Below, one piece after another: positions 57,760-64,000 of a DNA stretch of 64,000 nt (the first letter of the stretch is position 1; each line of letters begins with the position of its first letter). The notes under the pieces are model-generated. The model did not search any database. It was not told the DNA's origin and was given only the letters and a program-made list of their open reading frames with translations. Made by a program: the position numbers and the translations under genes. The stretch is from an uncultured Actinomycetota bacterium (GTDB lineage Bacteria; Actinomycetota; Thermoleophilia; Gaiellales; Gaiellaceae), in NCBI GenBank assembly GCA_963768435.1, contig CAVYIB010000017.1, positions 8,923 to 72,922 on the forward strand. Direction: 5' to 3'.

Positions 57760-58973
57760 ACCAGCCCCGCCTCCCGGGCGATCCGGACGATCTCCTTCGG
57801 ATCGTCGAGCCCGATGTCGGCGGCCGCCTCGGCGATCCGGATCAGGATCGCGTCGGTTGCCGCGTCGCCGCCGGCGGCCTCCTCGAGCGCGGCGACGTAG
57901 GCGTCGGCGACCTGCCCGAGGTCGTGATCGCGGCGGACATACGCGCGCGCTGCCGCGCCCAGCTCGGCGCCGCGGTCGGTAGCGAGCTCGAGCGCAGCGG
58001 CGATGGTGGCCACCTCGTAGTCGTCGACGGGGATGCGCAGAGCGGCGCCGTCGGGGATCTCGGAGAACCAGCCGATGTCGGACACGAGCATCGGCTTGCC
58101 GAGGGAGAGCGCGCGAATCACCGAGCCGGACGTCTCACCCATCGTCGGCGAGCGCAGGTTGACGAGGACGTCGCAGGCCGCCATCAGCGATTCGAACCGC
58201 TCCTCGCTCACGTATCCCTCGCGGATCAGGGAGTCGCCGCCGATCCCGAGCCGTTCGAGCCGGCGGTCGAGGTCGAAGCGCTCGGTCGCCTCGCCGACGA
58301 GCAGCAGCTTTGCTCCGGGCCGCCGCTGGCGCAGCAGCGTGAAGGCCTCGAGCAGCTCCGGGATCCGCTTGTTCATGTTCATGTGGCCGAAGCAGCCGAC
58401 GAGCGGGTCGCCCTGGAGCCCCTCGGCCGGCACGACCGTCTCTCCGCCGGGCCACGCCGCATGCGGGATCCGCCACAACGGGCCGTCGTATCGCGCCTCG
58501 CGGACGCCGCGCTCGACGTAGTGCGAGTGGACGATCAGGCCGCGCGCCAGGTCGAGCACCGTGCCGGTGAGCGGGAAGCGCTCGGGCTGGGTCTCCCAGA
58601 TCAGCGGCAGCAGGTTGTCCAGCACGCCGAGCGCGAGCAGCCGGCCGGCGACGCCGTAGTCGCGCTCCATGGCCTCCATGTAGGCGCGGCCGTTGCCGCG
58701 GCCGATCGTGATTCCCGCGACCAGGTGGTGCAGCACGAGCTCGTGGAGGACGACCACGCCGGGGCGCTCGCGCAGCGCGTCGACGATCCAGCCGTGCGCG
58801 TCGGGGTCGTTCCCGATCTGGTAGAGGCAGACGTCGGCGGACGGGGCGCGCTTCCCGGGCCGGGCGATCACCACCTCGTCGATCCGCTCCTGGAGAGCCG
58901 GCAGGAGCAGCTTCGAGTAGTCCGCGATCCCCGAGCGCGACGGCGGCATCGGCGAGTAGTAGGCGACCTTCAC
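57756..58973 (-). CDS. Family 4 glycosyltransferase (GT4 no. 4)
   Basis: ORF 57756..58973 is intact at 405 aa. It carries MKVAYYSPMPPSRSGIADYS and the C-terminal GT-B half NLRSPTMGETSGSVIRALSLGKPMLV. Confidence 0.8.
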   Translation of the reverse strand: MKVAYYSPMPPSRSGIADYSKLLLPALQERIDEVVIARPGKRAPSADVCLYQIGNDPDAHGWIVDALRERPGVVVLHELVLHHLVAGITIGRGNGRAYMEAMERDYGVAGRLLALGVLDNLLPLIWETQPERFPLTGTVLDLARGLIVHSHYVERGVREARYDGPLWRIPHAAWPGGETVVPAEGLQGDPLVGCFGHMNMNKRIPELLEAFTLLRQRRPGAKLLLVGEATERFDLDRRLERLGIGGDSLIREGYVSEERFESLMAACDVLVNLRSPTMGETSGSVIRALSLGKPMLVSDIGWFSEIPDGAALRIPVDDYEVATIAAALELATDRGAELGAAARAYVRRDHDLGQVADAYVAALEEAAGGDAATDAILIRIAEAAADIGLDDPKEIVRIAREAGLV

Positions 58974-59986
58974 GAGAGCAGGGCGTCGATGCAGGTGTCC
59001 CAGGTGATCCGCTCGGCCAGCGCCTTGCCGGCCTCACCGAGCCGCTTCGCCTCGTCGAGGTGAGCGGCGAGGTGGCTGCAGGCCTTCGCGATCTCGGCGG
59101 GGTCCGCGGCAACGACGACTCCGGTCTCGCCGTCGTGGACGACCTCGAGCGGCCCGCCGGCGTCGACCGTCGTCACGACCGGCTTCGCCGACAGGAACGC
59201 CTCGTAGGGGACCATCCCGTAGTCCTCGTCCACGGGCGCGTAGTAGACCGCCAGGCAGCGGGCGTAAAGGTCTGCGAGCTTCTCGCCGTCGACCCGCCCG
59301 GCGAACTCGACGCGCCCGTTCAGGCCCGAGGCGAGCTTCTCGAGCCGGCCGCGGTCGGGGCCGTCACCCACGATCACGATCTTCATCCCGGGCTCGCTCT
59401 TCGCGGCGTCGATCAGCAGGTCGATCCGCTTGTAGCGGTCGAGCCGGTTGACCGAGAGCACGAAGCCGTCGTACCCGGTCGTCCGGTAGTCGAGCCGCTG
59501 CGGCGGCGGCGGCAGAACGGTCGCGTCGAGGCCCGAGTAGCGCTTGAGCCGGTCGGCGACGTTGCCGGAGATCGTGAAGATCCGCTTCGCCTCGCCGAGC
59601 GCCACCTTGTCGTACCGCTCGACCCCGAGCCGGGTCGCGCGGTCGGGCGGCGACTCGGAGTACTGCCCGAACTCGCCCCGGTCGAAATCGTAGGCCTGCC
59701 GGAACTGGTGGACGAGCCAGACCACCTTGTTCGGATGCCGGATCCCGTAGGACGGGAACTTGGTCGCGATCACGAGGTCGGTCGGCTTCCCCGGCGTCTG
59801 GTTCACCTCGATCATCCGCCAGATCAGCGCCTGGTCGAGCACGCGCGCGCCGATCCAGGCATACGGAACGGCGACCAGATCGACCTCGTGCCCGCGGATC
59901 CGCAGCTCGTCGACGAGCTGGTCCGCGACCACCTCCGCGCCCCCGTAGGTGTACGGCACCTGCGGCCGGCAGACGGCGATTCTCAT
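58970..59986 (-). CDS. Family 4 glycosyltransferase (GT4 no. 5)
   Basis: This is the tail of ORF 58970..60163, starting at ATG 59986. It carries MRIAVCRPQVPYTYGGAEV and YAPVDEDYGMVPYEAFLSAKPVV. Confidence 0.8.
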   Translation of the reverse strand: MRIAVCRPQVPYTYGGAEVVADQLVDELRIRGHEVDLVAVPYAWIGARVLDQALIWRMIEVNQTPGKPTDLVIATKFPSYGIRHPNKVVWLVHQFRQAYDFDRGEFGQYSESPPDRATRLGVERYDKVALGEAKRIFTISGNVADRLKRYSGLDATVLPPPPQRLDYRTTGYDGFVLSVNRLDRYKRIDLLIDAAKSEPGMKIVIVGDGPDRGRLEKLASGLNGRVEFAGRVDGEKLADLYARCLAVYYAPVDEDYGMVPYEAFLSAKPVVTTVDAGGPLEVVHDGETGVVVAADPAEIAKACSHLAAHLDEAKRLGEAGKALAERITWDTCIDALLS

Positions 59987-60297
59987 TTCGTCTCGAGCCG
60001 GGCGATCCGCTCGTCGAGGTCGTCGATCAGCTTGAGGACGGCGTCGTTGAACGCCCTCTGATCGGCGAATGCCGGCTCGACATACCAGCGCATGAGCGGC
60101 CGCAGGAAGCGCTTGATCACGCCTCCCTTGCCGACCACCGGGCGGTCGGCCGAGATGGCCCACATCCGCTCAGCCTGGTCGCGCACCGACAGCCGCACCT
60201 GGGCAGGCGTCACGTCGCCCGTCCGCGGCCCCGCGGCGCGCACCTCTTCCTTCATCTTCTCGAAGATCGCAGCGATATCTGTCCGCTCCTCGGCCAT
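59983..60297 (-). CDS. Hypothetical 104-aa helical protein, first gene of the minus-strand glycan operon
   Basis: This is the tail of ORF 59983..60594, starting at ATG 60297. It reads MAEERTDIAAIFEKMKEEVRAAG...LKLIDDLDERIARLETK. Its stop overlaps the GT4 no. 5 start (ATGA). Confidence 0.5.
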   Translation of the reverse strand: MAEERTDIAAIFEKMKEEVRAAGPRTGDVTPAQVRLSVRDQAERMWAISADRPVVGKGGVIKRFLRPLMRWYVEPAFADQRAFNDAVLKLIDDLDERIARLETK

Positions 60298-60483
60298 GGC
60301 CGAAGTGTAAGCGGGGGTCGTTACGGCGCGGTAATGAGTCGTGCGGGAAAGGAGATAGAGCCCTCCCAAACCGGACGATCCGTGACATCCCACCTCGGGC
60401 GTGAGGACACTTGCCCAGGCTGGCGTTCTCACGCTCGATCGCCCGAACGTCAGCGAGCGCTGCGCGCTTACGATGCTTGAACG

Positions 60484-60744
60484 ATGACACTCGCGGATGC
60501 CCTCGCCGATTGGACCGACCTGGATGGAGCCCTGTTCGAGTTGGGGGTGGTCCTCGGGCTCTTCGCCCCAGGCCACGACGAGTATCTGAAGCACAAGGGC
60601 GTCCTCTGGAGTGAAAACCCAGTCAGGTCAGCGCTCGGGGAGATTCTGAAGAGCCTTGAGCGCGCGGGCATCCTCGAATACCGCGACGATGCCGATTTGA
60701 CGGACTACCAATACCGATGGCTGTCCCAGAGTCAGAGGCCATAG
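60484..60744 (+). CDS. Hypothetical 86-aa acidic protein
   Basis: ORF 60484..60744 has balanced composition and lies in the A/T-richer island. There is no family assignment. Confidence 0.35.
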   Translation: MTLADALADWTDLDGALFELGVVLGLFAPGHDEYLKHKGVLWSENPVRSALGEILKSLERAGILEYRDDADLTDYQYRWLSQSQRP

Positions 60745-60807
60745 CCGCACGCTGGGGCAGCGCAGGGGCCTCTCGCCTGACGCGGACTACCCTCGTCTGA
60801 CCTTGGA

Positions 60808-61149
60808 TCACTCTTGCGCGACCGTGACTGCCAAACCTCGCCACGGCAGGAACATCAGCGTCAGGAATCGCCGAAAGACCGAGTCGCGATGGACGAGGTC
60901 GACGCTCAGCTCGGCCACGTCTCCGCAACCAAGATCCAGCTCGATGCTCGGGCTGCGATACCACCATTGACGCGCGCTAAGGCGGTGCCGGCCAGCGGAG
61001 CAGCGTACGTCGAGCGAACCCTCCGGCATGAGCACGCCGGCCCTCTTTCGATCGACCGAGATCACGAACGCGCCTAGCTGTTGGTTCCCGAACCAAGGGC
61101 GGGGAGTCCGCAGTTTGATGGTCGCGTCTGTAGTCATATCGCGCTTCAT
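60808..61149 (-). CDS. Hypothetical 113-aa protein
   Basis: ORF 60808..61149 reads MKRDMTTDATIKLRTPRPWFGNQQLGAFVISVDRKRAGVLMPEG.... There is no family assignment. Confidence 0.35.
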   Translation of the reverse strand: MKRDMTTDATIKLRTPRPWFGNQQLGAFVISVDRKRAGVLMPEGSLDVRCSAGRHRLSARQWWYRSPSIELDLGCGDVAELSVDLVHRDSVFRRFLTLMFLPWRGLAVTVAQE

Positions 61150-62150
61150 ATCGGCATCCGGTAACGCAGGTTGAAGGGCCTGTGCGCTTCAGGCGTCGTT
61201 CCCGCACGCTGGCGCACTCGGCGGTCATGCCACTTGACGAGCCTGATTGTCCGAGAGTCGCACGATTGGGCGACCCCGCACCGACAGCCGCTTCACTGGC
61301 TTTCGGGGCGTCCACGTTCGACGCTCCAAAGCCTCCAGACTGAGATGGCGCGGTGAGCGTCACGGTGTTGGATGGTTTCGCGCCGTGTCTCAGCGTCAGA
61401 TTGATGTGTTCGGGAGGGCCTGGAAGTAGTTGCTGGGCAGACTTGTTGATGGGGTCGCGGCTGTTCCCGAGAGCTGTGCTCGGTAGGCGAGCGCTTCGGC
61501 GTTCCAGCGTGCGTCGAGCGCGGGGATGGCACGGGCCGTCGCGCGCTGCGCCTGGCCGGATTTAGGCGGATGCTTCAGCGTTTCCAGCGTGCGTTGAGCG
61601 CGGCGAGCGCCTGCGAGTCATGCGTGCTGACTTGGAGAGTGTTTCGAGCGACTTGGAAGTGGTTCGCAGCCTGCGTGGAGGAGACGTTGTTGCGGGTGTT
61701 GGTGGCGGTGATGGCGGCCTGCACGGCGGGGACGATCAGTGCGAGGGTGGTTCCGGTCGTTTGCGGTGGGGAGTACCGGGGGGCGCCATGCTTGGACCGG
61801 TTTCACCGGAGGTCTTCGGGCGGCGCGCAACGCCAACGCCCACTATGCGCCTTGCGGGCATCCAATTCATCTGTCTCCAACAGTAAGACCAGCGTGATCG
61901 CCGCCGAGAGAGGATGACTCAATCGAACGTCCGCGGTTGTTGGAATACAGCCGAATTCCAGCTCCGAACGGCGATTCCTCAAGGACTCGCAATGCGTCTT
62001 CCGGCTGCCCGATCACTATCCTCGAAGCAGCCTCCCTCGGGTGCCCGGCGCCGCACGAGCAACAGCGCGGTGACTGCCACCTCGGTCACGCCCTTGGTGA
62101 TGAGGATCGGCCAGCATCGCCCCGCCCCGGAGCGTACTGCCTCGGTTTGC

Positions 62151-62303
62151 TCACTGTCGGCCGATTGCGACGCGGAGTCGTTCCTCGGGTGTGATGAGGT
62201 GGTCGGCGTCTTCTGCGTCCTCGCCGAGGTCGATCTGCACCCAGTTGACGGTTCCGGTGAAGACGCTGCTGTCACCTGCGTAGTCGTCGCTGACCGGAGG
62301 CGC
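62151..62303 (-). pseudogene. Orphan 3' fragment resembling an arylsulfatase C-terminus
   Basis: This is the tail of ORF 62151..62633: APPVSDDYAGDSSVFTGTVNWVQIDLGEDAEDADHLITPEERLRVAIGRQ. From memory, the pattern VSDDY...FTG.V..V.IDLG...D.....PEE.LRVA..RQ matches the end of actinobacterial sulfatases. It begins directly after the stop of the beta-propeller gene, and no sulfatase core lies upstream. Confidence 0.4.
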
Positions 62304-62308
62304 GCTAG

Positions 62309-63379
62309 TTAGGCGTATTGGGAGCCGCAGCGGTGTCGGAGTGCCTGTCCGACGGCGACCCAGACGGCGGCGGCGCCCGCGATGATCGCGGTCTCGCATA
62401 GACCGCCCGAGCGCGGCGGCTTGGTGACGTGGATCTTCGTGAACCGTTCGTAGTTTCGGCCGTCCGAGCGTACCGTCGTTCCCGTCTGCTGGTCGGTCGT
62501 CCAGGTGGACCCGAAGGCGTCGACCGTGTCGTGCCCGTCCTGCAGCCCGCAACAGCCGAGTATGAGCACGACCTCGAGCGTGCTGCCGTCGAGGAGCAGC
62601 GTCCTGCCGCCCGCGTTCGACACCTCGACCCAAACCATCCCGCCGCTGATCCTCGGCCGGCCGGCCCTTTGGCCGAGGTCGACGTGCGGACCCAGCAGCA
62701 TCGTGCGAGCGTCGATCCGGTACAAGGTCGCCGTCGCCGAAGACATCACCCAGGCGTAGCTGCGGCCGACCGCGACGCTGTCAACGCGGCCGGAGTCGGG
62801 GAGCCAGGTCCGCCCGGTCACCTCGCCGGTTGCCTTGTTCAGTCGGATGAGCTCGTTATCTCCGGGGCGGTGGCCGAGGACCCAGACCGCTCCGGCGCCG
62901 ACGGCGACTGCTCTCGGCTCGACGTTCAGCGCGTAGGTGCGTGTGTCGCCCTTGCCCGTGGGTACTCGAGTGAGCAGGGGCCCTTGCTGCTGGTCGATCC
63001 CCACGAGCCATGCGCCTCCTGCGTCGACGGCCAGCATCGGGCCGGCCAGGTGGCCGAGGTCTACGGGCCGAGGGGCGACGGGTGTCGACCGGCGGACCCT
63101 GTTCGTGGCGGCGTCGATCTCGGTGGCCTTGTGATTCGAGTCGCTGTAGACCCAGATGCTTCGCCGACCGACCGCCACGGCTATCGGCCCGGAGCCGACT
63201 CCGATCCCGCGGCTAATCGCGTTCGTCTCGGGATCGATGCGAACGAGCGCGTTTGCGTTAACGTGCGCGGCTCTGGACGCGACTGAGGCGTCGCGGTGCG
63301 AGGGCATGTTTGCTCGTGCGACCGAAGCGGTGAGGGCGAGTGGCACGAGCGCGGTGAGGATGAGTGTGCGTGCCTTCAT
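62309..63379 (-). CDS. Secreted beta-propeller repeat protein (YVTN/NHL-like)
   Basis: ORF 62309..63379 has a signal peptide (MKARTLILTALVPLALTASVARA). It carries repeated G..P..VAVG...WV units. Confidence 0.65.
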   Translation of the reverse strand: MKARTLILTALVPLALTASVARANMPSHRDASVASRAAHVNANALVRIDPETNAISRGIGVGSGPIAVAVGRRSIWVYSDSNHKATEIDAATNRVRRSTPVAPRPVDLGHLAGPMLAVDAGGAWLVGIDQQQGPLLTRVPTGKGDTRTYALNVEPRAVAVGAGAVWVLGHRPGDNELIRLNKATGEVTGRTWLPDSGRVDSVAVGRSYAWVMSSATATLYRIDARTMLLGPHVDLGQRAGRPRISGGMVWVEVSNAGGRTLLLDGSTLEVVLILGCCGLQDGHDTVDAFGSTWTTDQQTGTTVRSDGRNYERFTKIHVTKPPRSGGLCETAIIAGAAAVWVAVGQALRHRCGSQYA

Positions 63380-63441
63380 GAGAAGCTCCTTCTTCGTTGA
63401 TCGATCGCTGGTGCGATTCGCTGCGGAGAGGAGATGACGGG

Positions 63442-63484
63442 GCGATAAAGCGGCGGGGAGCGCGCGATAAAGCCGCGATAAAGC
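63442..63484 (+). repeat. Three direct repeats GCGATAAAGC at 63442, 63464 and 63475 (spacing 22 and 11 nt), candidate SARP binding sites
   Basis: Read directly from the sequence. They lie in the divergent intergenic region, and the last repeat ends 31 nt before the SARP GTG at 63516. Confidence 0.45.
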
Positions 63485-63515
63485 GGCTCAGTTCCTCGTG
63501 GTGTACGTTCGGCTC

Positions 63516-64000
63516 GTGCAGTTCAGGATTCTGGGCCCTCTCGTGGTCTGGAACGACGGCCGCGAGGTTCCGATCGCTGCGGCGAAGCAGCGGGCTGTGC
63601 TTGCGGTGTTGCTTCTGCGGCGGGGCGGGCTCGTGCCGACCGAGTTGCTCGTAGAGGAGGTGTGGGGTGAGCAGGCGCCTGAGACCGCGGTCAAAGCCGT
63701 GCGGGTGTATGTCTCTCAGCTGCGTAAGACGCTCGGCCAGGAGGTGCTGGAGACGCGGCCGTCCGGGTACGCGCTGCGGCTGGCCCCGGATGAGCTCGAC
63801 GCGGCGCGGTTCGAGGAGCTGATCCGCCGCGCCCGCGAGCTGCTCGGCGCCGCGAAGCCGGTTGAGGCGGCTGCGTTGCTGCGCGAGGCGATTGCGCTCT
63901 GGCGTGGGCCGCCGCTTGCCGAGTTCCGCTACCAGACGTTCGCGCGTGAAGAGATCGGGCGGCTGGAGGAGCTCCACCTAGGCGCGCGGGAGCTGCGCCT
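63516..64000 (+). CDS. SARP-family (AfsR/DnrI/RedD-type) regulator with OmpR-like winged helix plus BTAD domain; 3' end beyond the window
   Basis: Open at the window edge, so absent from the ORF track. My translation from GTG 63516 gives VQFRILGPLVVWNDGREVPIAAAKQRAVLAVLLLRRGGLVPTELLVEEVWGEQAPETAVKAVRVYVSQLRKTLG...DELDAARFEELIRRARELLGAAKPVEAAALLREAIALWRGPPLAEF.... Confidence 0.85.
   Translation, partial: MQFRILGPLVVWNDGREVPIAAAKQRAVLAVLLLRRGGLVPTELLVEEVWGEQAPETAVKAVRVYVSQLRKTLGQEVLETRPSGYALRLAPDELDAARFEELIRRARELLGAAKPVEAAALLREAIALWRGPPLAEFRYQTFAREEIGRLEELHLGARELR

Noticed and set aside
63258-63977. A 239-aa minus-strand ORF at the window end
   Set aside because: It is antisense to the clearly recognisable SARP regulator on the plus strand, and its composition is typical of an off-frame reading.
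1-64000. A search for CRISPR arrays, rRNA or tRNA genes, transposases, integrases, prophage or classical defence-system genes
   Set aside because: Reading both strands showed no repeat-spacer arrays, no structured RNA genes, and no recombinase, nuclease or NTPase signatures typical of mobile elements or known defence systems. The only repeats found are the short regulatory-type repeats reported above.

Overview
This window is a densely coding, very GC-rich chromosomal segment. GC was judged by eye, not computed. The gene content looks actinobacterial: F420 biosynthesis, a SARP regulator, Rv2525c-like and MacB-like proteins. A Thermoleophilia- or Rubrobacteria-like origin is only a guess.

Gene blocks, in order:
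- 1-7.7 kb: a Fur-family repressor, mscL, a PuuD-like amidotransferase, three secreted cell-wall or glycan hydrolases, membrane proteins, and clpP.
- 7.7-15.5 kb: an SRPBCC-ArsR pair, an enolase-superfamily-like protein, NUDIX, a MacB/FtsX-type ABC exporter, an F420-dependent LLM oxidoreductase, and a FAH-family protein.
- 15.8-31.3 kb: a hydantoin / reductive-pyrimidine catabolic supercluster. It holds an M20 carbamoyl-amidohydrolase, a NitT/TauT-type ABC importer, dihydropyrimidinase, an NCS1 permease, a cytosine-deaminase-like amidohydrolase, mmsA and a class-III aminotransferase.
- 33.3-39.9 kb: F420 genes cofE-npdG-cofD-cofC, a Wzt-type ABC ATPase, hemH and hemE.
- 40.7-60.3 kb: a roughly 20 kb envelope-glycan locus in three operons. 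It holds Wzm, a clan GH-A hydrolase, a WecA-like initiator fusion, two paralogous GT-C-like membrane proteins, five GT4, one GT2, two methyltransferases, a CelD-like acyltransferase and Wzx.
- 60.3-64 kb: an A/T-richer decayed island, a secreted beta-propeller and a SARP-family regulator.

No rRNA, tRNA, CRISPR array, transposase or integrase was found.

Two points dominate the interpretation:
- At least 27 single-base frameshifts interrupt otherwise intact conserved genes. This most likely reflects assembly indel errors.
- Three homologous MSVG mini-ORF / structured leader cassettes sit in front of npdG, the WecA-like gene and a GT-C gene, each overlapping the downstream start codon. They are too short for the ORF track. 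I could not assign them to any family I know.

All functional calls rest on my recognition of motifs in the translated ORFs. No database search was run.
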